From an uncultured delta proteobacterium (GTDB lineage: Bacteria > Desulfobacterota > Binatia > UBA9968), in the NCBI GenBank assembly GCA_963728565.1, contig CAVSLC010000025.1, positions 64,001-128,000 on the forward strand: a DNA stretch of 64,000 nt, in the 5' to 3' direction. This document shows, one piece after another, positions 30,544-43,427 of this stretch. The first letter of the stretch is position 1. Every line of letters begins with the position of its first letter. The notes beneath the pieces were generated by a model. The model made no database searches. It was not told the origin of the DNA and saw only the letters and a list, made by a program, of their open reading frames with translations. Both the position numbers and the translations under genes were made by a program.

Positions 30544-31272
30544 GTGTTTACCGGTTTTCCTGAAGCCGCAAAGGCTGCCGCAGGCGATACTTTGACGAGT
30601 GTGCGTGTTTTAACAGATAAATCCACTAACTTCAGTGACGAGCTAATTGTCAACACCATGCACCGTGCTTTCACGAGCTTCGTCTACGCTCCATCTAGCC
30701 CGCAATATTGTTCCGCGATCAGGGTCCGGCTTCCAAAGTATATTCGGAAGGATGCTTGTATAACACAGCTAGGATCTGATCCTCTTTCTGTGATCGCAAT
30801 GATTTTCGAGAGCCGAACCGGGAGCAGACCACGCGAAGCACCTCAAACCGCCGTAACGTTTCTGGCCCGCGCATTGACCCCTTTACAAGCTCAAACTTTA
30901 TCTAGGATATCTTCAGCATTTTCACAGGAAAGCTCGAGGATGGCGCTTGGCCTTGAAGCTAAAGCTGAGTGTAGCCAGACGGAATTAAGGAAAGGGATCG
31001 CGAAGCTGAGCTGGAAAGTTGCGGCAACTCCCGGGATCGCTCAGCGTGTCGATGTGAGCATCTACCGAGACGGCTTTGAAACGGGCAACTTTGAAACTGC
31101 CGGCTCGCTTTCTCCGAGTCAATCCTCTTTAGAGTGGCAACGGCTGGAACCCGGGATCATTCACTATTATCGAGTCTTGACGCTGCACACTCATGGCTGG
31201 GTCGCCAGCGAGATAGCGAGCTTCGAAGGCCCGACCTGTGTAGCGGACTTTCAATTAAAGCCGCATCCATAA
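30544..31272 (+). CDS. Hypothetical protein with an Ig/FN3-like C-terminal half; true start uncertain
   Basis: C-terminal AKLSWKV...LEWQRLEPGIIHYYRVLTL resembles a beta-sandwich; the N-terminal part is doubtful. Confidence 0.45.
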   Translation: MFTGFPEAAKAAAGDTLTSVRVLTDKSTNFSDELIVNTMHRAFTSFVYAPSSPQYCSAIRVRLPKYIRKDACITQLGSDPLSVIAMIFESRTGSRPREAPQTAVTFLARALTPLQAQTLSRISSAFSQESSRMALGLEAKAECSQTELRKGIAKLSWKVAATPGIAQRVDVSIYRDGFETGNFETAGSLSPSQSSLEWQRLEPGIIHYYRVLTLHTHGWVASEIASFEGPTCVADFQLKPHP

Positions 31273-31288
31273 TGATTGAGGAGGAATA

Positions 31289-34030
31289 ATGGAGGAGAGC
31301 TCGCGTAGAGGCTTTGTATATCCAGATAAACACCGATGGAGGTTGGCGGCCGTGGATTCCAGTTTCATTTCTGCAAAACAATGGGGAACCAGCTGTCCGT
31401 ATCATCGTATCATCATCGCGGCAGCATTTGGATTGCTGCTTAACCTGGCGTCAAGCTCGTTTGCTGTTACTTTTCTAGACACGGAAATCAAAGACATCAA
31501 CCCCAATAATTCAACTCTGGATAGGACCGATCCCGACGGCGCAAGTGGAGGGCGCGTTGGCGGGCTCGCGCCTGTCGCTGGCAACAATCAAATCTTCTAC
31601 GGAGCGAGCGAATGGGGCGGCCTGTTCAAGACCGTTGACGGCGGCCGGACTTGGTTCCGGCTCGATGGCCATCTTCCAGTTGCCACATGGGATGTTGAAG
31701 TCGATCCGGTTAACACGCAGACAATCTACGCAACCTCTTTCTATGACGGGCGGGTGAATAGCTTAGCGGGGATTAACGTCAGCCACGATGCCGGTATCAC
31801 TTGGACTCGCCCCGTGTCGGCGACGCCGCCTCCGGGACTCTGTTCCGACACTAGGCGGACCGAGCTCTCGGCATTAGGGATTGGCGTCAGACCTGACGCG
31901 CCCGAGAATGTTTTCATCGGCACAAACTGTGGAGTGGCGATTAGCTGTGATTTTGGCGACAGCTGGACGTTGGAGGATCCAACGCCGCTTACGCCCGCAA
32001 CAAACGTCTGGGATGTAGTAGTGCAGGCTGGGGGACCAAACGGTCAGGGAATCGTGGACGTTTGCGGAGACAATGGTCATCTTCGTTCTTTGGACGGTGG
32101 AATCACCTGGAGCGGAGGAAACGGAGGCCTACCGGGTGGCCGTTGCTCTATTGCAGTTTCGCCAGACGAGTCCTACGTGTTGTTCGTAGTAGTCGGAACG
32201 AGAATATTCGAATCAGACGATGCCGGTATGAGTTGGAATGAGCATACGAACTCTTCGCCGCAAGGTAGGATTCCGTTCGTTGCTACAAATAAGCGGGTGA
32301 ATGTTGGTGCCATCGGTCGCTTTGATCTGTGGTTTGGCGACATTAGACTTTGGCGAGCGGTTGTAGCACTCCGAGTCCGCTGGCCGTAGGTGGACCTTCT
32401 CGATGTCCGGCTTCATCGGCATGGGCGGGGCCGTTCACACGGACGGCAGGCGCTCACGATGACGCCGGAGATCTCGTATTCGATACTGAAGTCGCCATTG
32501 ATGCCTGCCCGCTGATTTTTTCTTCCGATGGAGGCGTTTACCGTAACACGGATTCAGCATTGATTGTCATAATCCGAATTGGGAGCAGCCGGACATTACA
32601 CCACATGCGTTGTGGTTGTTTGCGATGCAGGTGTTAAATAGATAGGTGATTTAGATGAGGAATATATTTAGGTACTAAAGATAATGGTTATTTTGATACT
32701 ATTAATGAAGGTGGGGAAAGATAGGTTTGGGAAAACAGAGATTGCTGTGATGTACTAGATATAGATGTTGATTATAATAGGGTATTGTACACTGAGTGTT
32801 GTTTTTAAGGAGAAAAGAAAATAGATTATTATTGAGTAAAAGAGGTATGAAAGGTGGTGGTGAAATAAACAAGTATATTATTGGTATTTTGATGGGATTA
32901 AGGTTAATAGATGTAATAGATAGGTTAGATGACAGATAATAAGTTATGCTAAATAAAAGAGCTGTATTTGTAAATAATGATATAACTGATTCAATGATTG
33001 TATGGAATTAACTTGTAGGTAGATATGGCGCTGATTGTGGAGTTAAGGTATAAGTTGTTATAGCTACTGGTACAATTAATTTCTAAGTGTAGGTTGGATA
33101 GTGTGAAGCTAGGAGAGGAGATTAGCTGTGGAGTTACGATGGCACAGCTATTGGAGGTATATGGCAGAGACTCGATAACAATGACGGGCTGACAGGCGGC
33201 TTCGGGATCTTCGCAGTATATAAGAACGACTCTGGTAGGTTATAAGAGTATAATTTGGCGAAGAGTGGTACACAGATGGTGTTATATAAAGATGGAGGAA
33301 TTAAATGGAAAAATGATGAAGAACTAGAAAATATGATGAAGGGAGGTGGTGTGTTAAAGTAAGCAATAAGGAGGGGAAGACAAACTTCACTGGTTTATTG
33401 GGATAAAAACAGCTAAGTTTGGTAGTATTAGATTAAGAAGATATAAACATTATAGTAGATGGGGGAATAGATTAAGGAGTATTACTAAATAAGAAAAAAG
33501 GTAAGAGTTGGAAATTGCTGAAGGATATTTTAGACTATGGCAGCTATGGTGTGAAGCAATTGATAAGGTTATGGTTTGCACACTTTGACTAAGAAAGGGA
33601 TGGAGTATTGAAATATTAATAGGTAATAAAGGTAGTGGTGTTTGAAATATGAGTTCTATGTTTTGACTATAGTTAATGATGAGCTTTTTGTAAAGTTAGA
33701 TAAGAGTAGTATTGTATTAGATAGACTATATTTATAGGAGCAATGGTAGGAGCTGTTTATTTTAAAGCTAAATTATGTAACATAGGTAGAAAGAGATTGA
33801 ATACACTAAAAAGTGTGACTAATAATATTAGAGAAGGTGATATTCTACTAAATAGGAACAGAGCTAAGATACTAGCAGTAGGATAAGAACTGAATTTCTC
33901 TAAGAAAGGAGGTTACAAGGACTTGATACTGGATGGGGGAGAATGTGAGAACTTTTAAAGAGTGGGTTTTTAGGTGTTTAAACAATTAGAGTTTACTGTT
34001 GAAGTGTTGGGGAGAATAGATGTTTAAGAA
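31289..34030 (+). CDS. Large secreted BNR/Asp-box beta-propeller protein, frameshifted, 3' half corrupted
   Basis: Signal-like hydrophobic stretch and Asp-box repeats ([32 protein letters not shown]). Continues in ORF 32350-32637 and then as corrupted GTKDNG (probably GTQDNG) and NRDCCD. End approximate. Confidence 0.7.
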
Positions 34031-34549
34031 GAGAGGATGATTGCTAGTTTCTCGAAAGAAAAGGTAAAAGGTATGAGAAAAAAAGAAGAGGGTAACTTTT
34101 AAATAAAGATTGAAGAGATATAAATTAAGGAGGGAAGAAAAAAGAAAGAAAGAGATAGAATAGTATAAGTTAGTATGGGGGGTTAGGGATTGGAAGAAAA
34201 GTGGTTGCTATATAGGGAGATGAAGGTAATGGTAGGGAAGTATAATAATAAAATGAATAGATTAGGTAAATAGATATTAGAAAGTATGTTGGTTGAATGG
34301 AAGTTAAATAAGGTAAAAGATGCTGAGAAATAAGTAACAGATAAAAGTAAATAGGTGGGAACATTAAGGTAAAAGATAGATAAGGGTATATTTCTATGGA
34401 AGATACGAGGCAAGCTGGTGCAAATTTAAAGAGATAGGAAAACAAGAGAAGATCACTAGAAAGCAACATCGGGATGAAGAAAAAATACGATGTGGAACGC
34501 GTACTCTGAAAACAGCAACAGGAACTTGCTGGGATAAAATGCTGTTTCG

Positions 34550-36238
<1,689 letters not shown>

Positions 36239-36242
<4 letters not shown>

Positions 36243-37240
36243 AGAGTATAGTAATAGAGATGAATAATAGATGAAAAATGAGATGAGGAAACTGTTTAGA
36301 TGAGAGATATGAGGTAAAAGGAGATATTATTATAAGAATAATGGAAAAAGTGATGAGAGAGGGGAAAGGATGAGGTATAGAGAAGGTGAGATTTAAAGGA
36401 GGAGAGAAGAATATATATAGAAGGTTAAGAGAAATAATAGAGAGTGAAGCAGAGGTTGGATATAAGTTAAGCTTTGTGAGTAAAGGAGAGAGTTTAAAGA
36501 GATAGTATAAGTTGATGCTAAAACAAAGGCTATAGTTTGAAGGTGTCACTTTTAGCTAGGATAAGAGAGAGAGAACAGAAATATGAAAAGCTAAGAGGTA
36601 AAGGATAGTTTTGGTAGGTGATGAGGGAGGAGAGTATATGAATGTTTAAGGAGATGATTTTAAGATTGAACATGGTGATAAAAGCTAAGAATAGGAATGA
36701 GATAGGAGAGATGGTAGTGATAGAGGAAAGGTTTGGCAGAGATGGAGTGAGTTTAGGATATTTGATGAATACTATAGAGATAGATTTGAGAAAGATAGAT
36801 GTATAGAAGAAAGAGAGGAGTGAGATAGAATAAGAAATATGGGGATTAAAGAAGAGAGCTTATATTATTGTTGGAATGGAGATAGGTTATTTAAGTGAGG
36901 TTTTTTTTTTTATTTGTGGTAAGATGGAGATAGAAGAATATAAATTAGACTATAAAGGGAACTTAACTATTTGCTGAGAGATATAAGGAAACTAAGGAAA
37001 AAAAGACAGTACAGAAGTTATAGATAACATAAAGAGGTAAGTATGAAAGAGGTATGTGAGAGCTTTAAAATGAGAGTGGATACTTATATAGCAGATAAGA
37101 GGGAAAAGATAAAAAAGGGAAAGTTTAGCAAGATGGAATATTTTATCTGTTGGTATAGATTAAAATATATAGGTAAGAACTATTGGCTAAGTAGTTTTAT
37201 AAAAGATATATGGAGAGAATAGAAAGAGATATAGAGGAAG
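36239..37240 (+). CDS. Radical SAM protein with Cys-containing C-terminal extension, sequence corrupted
   Basis: IVIEMNNR*KMR*GNC at 36248-36295 restores to IELTNRCNLRCGHC if some A are read as C. FKGGEK at 36392-36409 restores to FTGGEP. Also SFVSKG, VTFS*D, and later GNLTIC* and FICWY. End approximate. Confidence 0.75.
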
Positions 37241-37254
37241 GAGACTAACAAATA

Positions 37255-37542
37255 ATGATAGAAGAGAAGGTTAGATCTAATACACAGGTAGTAGATAAAG
37301 TACTAGATGATGGAGAGGTTGTTCTATTTGAAGTAGAGAGAAAAAATTATTACAGATTAAATAAGAAAGGAGAGAGAATATGGGGAGGACTAAAAGAAGG
37401 ATAGAGATTAAATGAGATAAGAAGATGGCTAAAGGAGGAGTTTGATGTGAATGAAGAAGAAGCTGACAGGAGAGTTAGAGATCTAATTAAGGAGCTTAGA
37501 GAACAGAATATAGAGCTGTATAAGAATAAGGAGAGTTATTAG
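37255..37542 (+). CDS. PqqD family peptide chaperone / RiPP recognition element, sequence corrupted
   Basis: One frame reads VVDKVLDDGEVVLFEVERKNYYRLNKKGERIWGGLKEG*RLNEIRRWLKEEFDVNEEEADRRVRDLIKELREQN. About 95 codons, GAAGGAG upstream. Confidence 0.8.
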
Positions 37543-37592
37543 AAGAGAGTAGGAGAGAAGTTTGTTCTAAAGAGAGAGAGAAGTAAACTGAC

Positions 37593-38700
37593 ATGAACAG
37601 TTTTAGGACTGAAATATATTTGCTTCTAGACTGAGATAGAAAGTGATTGGAAGATAAAGAAGTGAGAGGGATTAGAAAGACTGATCTAGAAAGATATAGA
37701 TTGGAAGTAACTTTATAGCATAGCTAGAGGGCACAGGGTGATGAAGCTATTCTATAGAACTTTGAATTAGAAGTGCTAAGACGAAGTGAGTACAGAGATT
37801 TTACAGGAACTAAGAGAACACTTTTACGAGAACGATGGAAGCAACTTATTTTTAACAAAGGAACTGATCAAGATAGTGGAGTTCTTAGAGGCGCACGGAA
37901 TTTTGTTATTTGTATAAAGGATTTGTTTTGATTCTTAGATCTATGAGAATTTAGTGTTTAGGGAGTTTGTTGATTTGTATATTTTAGTAAGTGAGTGAGA
38001 CTATTTGAGAGCACAATGTCTGCTAGTTGATTTGTTTTTTGGCTCAAGATTGAATATGAATGAGAGAATGAATTTGTAGATGAAAGTGTAAAGATAGTTG
38101 TGTATTTTCACTAGTGTATAGCGCTGCAATATTTTCTTTCGCTGCTCACTTTTGATTATCTGTGCGAGCGCTTTCAGCTTGTCGCTTTGCTTGGTGAAAC
38201 AGCAACTACTTTATGCTAGGAAGATACACTGCTCATGCTCAGCATCTAAGTCACGAAAGATGAGCATCTTCAGCTCTCTAAGATCTGTGACATTGCTAAG
38301 CCTCTGTGTGTATCACTGCTTGAACTGAGCACAGTTGCTAAAAAAAACTTATAATTTAAGAGAGCAGCGAATGCTGTTATATGCTCTATGTCTCGCGAGA
38401 GATCTCTTAAATACGACACTCTCGCAAACATTCATGTAGATGTTATTTCACTGATCTCTCAAAGATCTTGTAAACTATGCTCGATAACAATTGTTCCTTT
38501 AGATGACTCTGTTTACGAGCTACGTCCTGCTAATTGTTTGCGTTAATTTCTGCAAAAACGCCTACGCGACAAATTAAGAGCTTACCACGATTTTTTACAT
38601 GACGTAATAATACCTTGCGAACCAAATCGAAAATCCTTTCCTATGCAAAAATAATTATCCTTTCTCTACTATTTCATTCAATAAATGCAATTATTAAATA
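37593..38700 (+). CDS. Nucleotidyltransferase family protein (NTP_transf_5-like), sequence corrupted
   Basis: RTEIYLLL, DIDWK*L..IARGHRVMKLFY, NLFLTKELIKIVEFLEAHGI, YKG, YENLVFREFVDLYILV (compare YGNLALRxFxDLDILV), EDTLLML...ICDIA. End approximate. Confidence 0.75.
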
Positions 38701-38803
38701 AAAGCAAATTACGTCAAATAAAAAGAATCATGACACATCCAAAAAATCAAAAATAAAAAAATAATAAAAAAAAAATTATAAAAAAAAAATTAAAAAAAAA
38801 AAA

Positions 38804-38857
<54 letters not shown>

Positions 38858-38864
38858 AAAAAAG

Positions 38865-39988
38865 AAAAGCCGATAAAATTCGGCGCAGTTGTCCCAAAGA
38901 ATTTTTCGCTTGTCGTTATCGGTGATCGGCAGTCCGAGGAAAGTTTCGACTGCATCTGGGAACTTCGAATCGCCATGCGGGTAATCTGTCGAGAATACCA
39001 GCCGATCGGTGCCGATGTAATCGATTACGTACTTGACGCCATCCTCGTCGGGCTCCACCGATACGAAGCATTGTCTCTTGAAGTACTCGCTCGGTTTCAT
39101 GGTCAAGTCTTGCGCCCAGATATCGCCTTCCCGCTCCCAGCCTTCGTCCAGGCGCCATAGCAGCCAGGGCAGCCAGGTGCAATTCGCTTCCAGAAATGCG
39201 GCCCGCAGCTTGGGATGGCGCGCCAAGACTCCGCCGGAGCATAGGCTGACTAACCCGAGCATCTGCTCCATCGGTTGAGCGACGGCGCGCCGCAGCATGA
39301 AATTCGGTTCGAAAAAATCACCGGTTTGTCGTGCCGCGGACGAGGACGACTCGTGAAAGCCAACCGGCAGTTCATACTCTTCTAACGTCGCCCACAGCGG
39401 TTCGAAGTATTCGTCGTACCAATTTCGTCCTTCCATGATGCTCGACCGCATGAAAACGGCGCGAAAACCGAGCTCGGTGGCGCACCGCTTCGCCTCGGAG
39501 ACCGCTTCATCGATGCCGAAAGGCGATATCATGCCGGCGCCGAGAAGCCGGGATGGGTTGGTTTTACAGAAATCGTAAAGCCAATCGTTATAGGCGCGCG
39601 CGAGAGCGGCCGCGAACCTCGCTTCCATTCTCGGTTCGCTCAAGACTTGCAGGCCTCGGGTGGGGTAGAGCACCGCGACATCGATGCCTTCGATGTCCAT
39701 CGCCTCGAGTTGGACGCCGGCACTCCAGCCGCGCTCGGCGTGCGATCTATAGATCGTCTGGTTTTTGCTGAAGTTGTGGCCTCGATGGTGCGATGAGTTG
39801 CGATTGTGGCTTGCCGGTAATCCCCAGTAGCGGCCGTCCGGATGCGCCATGCGCAAATCGCGAACGTTGTCGCTGGTCAGGCCGCGCGGCGCATCGGCCT
39901 TGAACTCCGCATCGATATAGCGCTCCCATAGATCCACGGGCTCCATCAAATGCATATCGCTGTCGAGAATCTTGAAACCATTTTTCAT
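38865..39988 (-). CDS. Amidohydrolase family protein (Amidohydro_2)
   Basis: DSDMH, MDIEGIDVAVLYPT, AYNDW, GFHE, FLEANCTW and FSTDYPHGD. The 3' end runs into a poly-A artefact. Confidence 0.9.
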
Positions 39989-40131
39989 GAACCACCTCTT
40001 TCAGCAGAATCGCTACGTCATCGGTACCGCAATCCCAGCTTCAGTGTCAACGCGAGTCACGCATATTCCGCTTGCCGCATCCACGCTATCTGGTAATTTG
40101 AGGCATCACGTCTATAGGTCAGGAGAAGATA

Positions 40132-40611
40132 ATGCCTTTAAGGAACTCGTTTTGCTGGCGGTATGCCGGTATCTTCCTCTTCCTGTTCATGAGCGGCGCG
40201 GCTAGCTATGCGCAACCGAAATCCGCGGCAACATCGATCACGGTCTATCAGGATCCCGGCTGAGGATGCTGTTCAGCGTGGGTCGGGCACCTGCAATCGA
40301 ATGGGTTTAGAATCGAAAAGAAGAACGTCACCGGCAAGCAACTCGTAGACGTCAAAATAAAATACAACGTACCCGAGAAACTTTATTCGTGTCATACCGC
40401 GCTGGTTCAAAGCTATGTGATTGAAGGCCATGTGCCGGCGGATCTTATTCATCGCCTGCTCAAAGAAAGGCCGGCCATGGCGGGTCTGGCGGTGCCGGGC
40501 ATGCCGGTTGGCTCACCGGGGATGGAAGGAGCCAATCCGCAGTCCTACGAGGTAATCATTTTTGACAAGCAGGCCGTACTTCAGTATACGCGAGAAGATA
40601 AACGTGCTTAG
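40132..40611 (+). CDS. DUF411 periplasmic metal-binding protein with in-frame TGA at 40261-40263 (candidate selenoprotein)
   Basis: AGGAG RBS, ATG 40132, signal peptide, then TVYQDPG-TGA-GCCSAWVGHL...SCHTA...YVIEGHVPA...GLAVPGMPVGSPGME, all in one frame. Confidence 0.85.
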
Positions 40612-40679
40612 GTGTTCAAAATTCAAGTCTTCAATAGTTCAGCTGGTGCCATAGCGGCGCTCGGAAGGAAGGCGCCTGA

Positions 40680-41699
40680 ATGAAGCTTCCAACTCTGTCC
40701 CACGATGTCGGTCCGCTTTGCTTAACAGTGCTTGTTTTCTTTATGCTGGCACAGCCCTTGGCGGCTCGCGCGCAAGAAAAGAAGAACGTACGCATGGTTT
40801 TCGTCAGCCTGGCGTGGAACAGCGAGATTCCGTTTCGGACAGCGCTCGCGCGCGGGTTCTTCAAGCAGCAAGGCCTCCAAGTCGAACCTATTCTCATCCG
40901 TGGCGGTCCGGCGGCGATCGCCGCTCTGGTTTCCGGTGAAGTTGATTTTGCGGCCATCGGCGGCGCTCAGGCCGTTTTTCGCAGTAAAGCGCGCGGTTTG
41001 GACCTGGCGATAATCGGATGCACTTCGAGCACGACCAATTATATCCTTCTCGGTAACAAGCAGACGCGTAGCGTGGAAGATCTCAGAGGCAAGATCATTG
41101 GTGTAACCGGCGCCGGAACCTATTCCGAGTTCGCTATGAAAGCTTTCCTCAAAAAGAACAACCTCAATCCCGACAAAGACGTGGTGCTGCGCGCGGTTGG
41201 CGGCACGGTTTTGCGGGCGGCCGCAATCGAAAAGGGGATCATCGCCGCGGCGCCGTTTTCCACAGAAGACGGCGTTCGGCTTATCAAGGCGGGCTATTCT
41301 GTGATCAGCAACATGAGCGAGTCATTAGGTATTCCGCAGAACATCCTGGTAACCCGCAATGAAATGCTCGAGAAGTTTCCCGACACCAGCAGGCGTATGC
41401 TCAAGGCCTATATACAAGGAATCAATCTCGCCAAGTTCAACAAGCAGGAAGCGATCAAGGCGGGATACGAGGCAGGCTTGCAGGGCGAGTCGGACATCGT
41501 CAGCGCCGCCTGGGATCTCTATGCGCCCGGCCTGACTTCGGACCTGTCCATTGCCAGAGCCGGCCTCCAGCAAATGCTCGATGAGGACATTCGCGCCGGC
41601 TTGGTGGACAAGAATTTCACTTTGGACCGCGTGGTCAACGATCGAATTCTCAAGCTAGCGCAGCAGGAGCTCCGGGCTGAAGGGAAACTGAAGCAGTAA
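40680..41699 (+). CDS. ABC-type substrate-binding protein, NMT1/SsuA-like; close paralog of 89-1099
   Basis: Shared blocks VFVSL.WN, PDKDV.LRA.GGT and MLDEDIRAGLVDK.FTLDRV.NDRILK. Confidence 0.88.
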   Translation: MKLPTLSHDVGPLCLTVLVFFMLAQPLAARAQEKKNVRMVFVSLAWNSEIPFRTALARGFFKQQGLQVEPILIRGGPAAIAALVSGEVDFAAIGGAQAVFRSKARGLDLAIIGCTSSTTNYILLGNKQTRSVEDLRGKIIGVTGAGTYSEFAMKAFLKKNNLNPDKDVVLRAVGGTVLRAAAIEKGIIAAAPFSTEDGVRLIKAGYSVISNMSESLGIPQNILVTRNEMLEKFPDTSRRMLKAYIQGINLAKFNKQEAIKAGYEAGLQGESDIVSAAWDLYAPGLTSDLSIARAGLQQMLDEDIRAGLVDKNFTLDRVVNDRILKLAQQELRAEGKLKQ

Positions 41700-41800
41700 A
41701 AGCTGTTCCAGCTGTTCCAGAATTTCCAGCGGTTCCAATGGTCTGGAAGTTCAAAACGTTCAAGCCGTGCAAACACTATGGTTCAAGGGTTCAACGCGTT
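41700..41800. repeat. Degenerate repeat tract of GTTC(C/A)A with about 9-nt period
   Basis: GCTGTTCCA GCTGTTCCA GAATTTCCA GCGGTTCCA ... GTTCAA repeats immediately after a stop codon. Confidence 0.7.
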
Positions 41801-41811
41801 AAAGGAGTCGA

Positions 41812-42229
41812 GTGTGGGAGAATGAGGGGCCGAAGATTGAAATTGAGCAGGCGACGAATTGCGGCGCGAGCGGAGAAACCGGGGCTGTGGTTGTTCAAAT
41901 GGCGTGTGCAAAACGTGACCGAAATGCCGATGAGCCTACTTTCCGTGCGAGTGCCGCATGGAAAATTCAAGGCCGAGGAACGCAGGTTTGGCCCAGCGTT
42001 AAAAGTCGCAGCGCAAGACCATTTCATTCTCGATCTCGCCGTCGCTTGTGAGGAACCGCCGAATACCATAATCGAAAATGCATTCTTGATTCTGCTCGTG
42101 AGCTGGCGGCAAAATCATTGGAGGTTTTTTGTGCGACTGCGGATAATGGTAGATGACGAAGAACAGCCGCAGACGACAATTGAGTCGATTACCGTGCAGC
42201 AAGTTGGGTTCTCCGGTGTTCCGAATTGA
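41812..42229 (+). CDS. Hypothetical protein, probably frameshifted near 41865
   Basis: AAGGAG RBS before GTG 41812 (WENEGPKIEIEQ), joining the globular-looking part of ORF 41738-42229. Confidence 0.5.
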
Positions 42230-42586
42230 CGGGTGATGCAATGACAAGAAAAGAAAAGGATCTTTACATTCTCACGCGCATGCGCGGCTGATACAGCAAT
42301 TGAGGCCTCGGCTTCGAAGAGACCACGGGCATGGTCTCCAATTCGCTTAAGTTAGTTCAAGAGGAAATCATTGAGGCCTTGGCTCGCCTGCGGCGCGAGC
42401 AAGCCGACAACCCCGAGTATCAGAAATCTGCGGCGGGAATTGCCTCAGGATTGGCCGGTGTGACGTGCGGAGCGGGTGTTGGGTTTTAGGTTTTCGGTTT
42501 CGGTTATGTCGCCTGGACACAGGTGTAACCGGCGTGACGAGAGACGGATACGGTCGATCCAGAAAGACCATCGAGAACGCGTCTAA

Positions 42587-43342
42587 TTACTTTTGCAGCC
42601 TGACCTGTGGTTGCCGCAATTTTAGATCGGCAACCCCGCCCCAGAATTCTCTTTTGCCGGTCATCGCCTGAACGTGGCCGTCCCATTCCAGAGTGAAAGC
42701 GGTTATGCCTAGCTTCACCGCCGCGCGTACTTTGTCTTGAGTTTCACTATCGTTGGCTAACAAGCGAATCGCATCGATCTGGCGGCTGCCGTGTCCCTCG
42801 TCTTGCGCGGCGTGCAGCCGATAGGTTTCCGCGGCGCGGGGCGAGAAGCCGTAGTGCTCGGTCAGTTCGCGGTAGACCTTCTCGGAGACCTTGCCCGCGC
42901 CTCCGAGTTGGCTTTCGACGAAGGCGAGCATGGCCACTCCTTCCAACGCCGAACGTCTTTGGCAGCAGCCGATGATCATTTCGATCGCCGCCATGGTTCC
43001 CGGCGCGGGCTCGGCGTTGTCCGCTTCCTGCCGCGAGATGCCGCCCTCTTCGAGAAACTGCAACATGATATCCATGTGCGTGCGTTTACCGCCGAGCTCT
43101 TCCATGAAATTTTCCAGAACGGTGTCCATCACCGCATACTCTTTGGCGGATACGGCGTTGACCGCCATATAGCCAAAGAAGATCGGATTGGTGCGGACGC
43201 GCAGATAGTGCTGCACCTCGCCGAGAATGATTTGCTCCCTGGTCCAGCGATGCTTGATGATTCCGTCGAACCACGGATGCTGCTCGGTCGGAACCTCCGC
43301 GGCATAGGTCCAGAGCTCGGCGATGAATTCGTCCTGGTTCAT
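42587..43342 (-). CDS. Heme-oxygenase-like diiron oxidase (TenA/PqqC/CADD-like)
   Basis: HPW near the N-terminus, ENFMEE..GKRTH, VESQ and LHAAQDEGH metal-ligand pattern. Confidence 0.8.
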   Translation of the reverse strand: MNQDEFIAELWTYAAEVPTEQHPWFDGIIKHRWTREQIILGEVQHYLRVRTNPIFFGYMAVNAVSAKEYAVMDTVLENFMEELGGKRTHMDIMLQFLEEGGISRQEADNAEPAPGTMAAIEMIIGCCQRRSALEGVAMLAFVESQLGGAGKVSEKVYRELTEHYGFSPRAAETYRLHAAQDEGHGSRQIDAIRLLANDSETQDKVRAAVKLGITAFTLEWDGHVQAMTGKREFWGGVADLKLRQPQVRLQK

Positions 43343-43427
43343 GAACAGTTCTTTATCGAGCCCGGTCTAGCACGTTGCGGACTAAAAACGTGATCATGTA
43401 TCATCGGAATGCCTTATCCGATCTGAA

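Noticed and set aside
36272-36286. Two TGA codons at radical SAM Cys positions as possible selenocysteines
   Set aside because: The surrounding sequence shows systematic C-to-A corruption, so TGC read as TGA is the simpler explanation.
41700-41800. Possible CRISPR array
   Set aside because: Repeats are about 9 nt and degenerate, with no spacers and no cas genes.
42587-43342. pqqC forming a PQQ pathway with the PqqD-like gene
   Set aside because: No pqqB is visible, the genes are about 5 kb apart on opposite strands, and the diiron ligand pattern fits CADD-like HDOs better.
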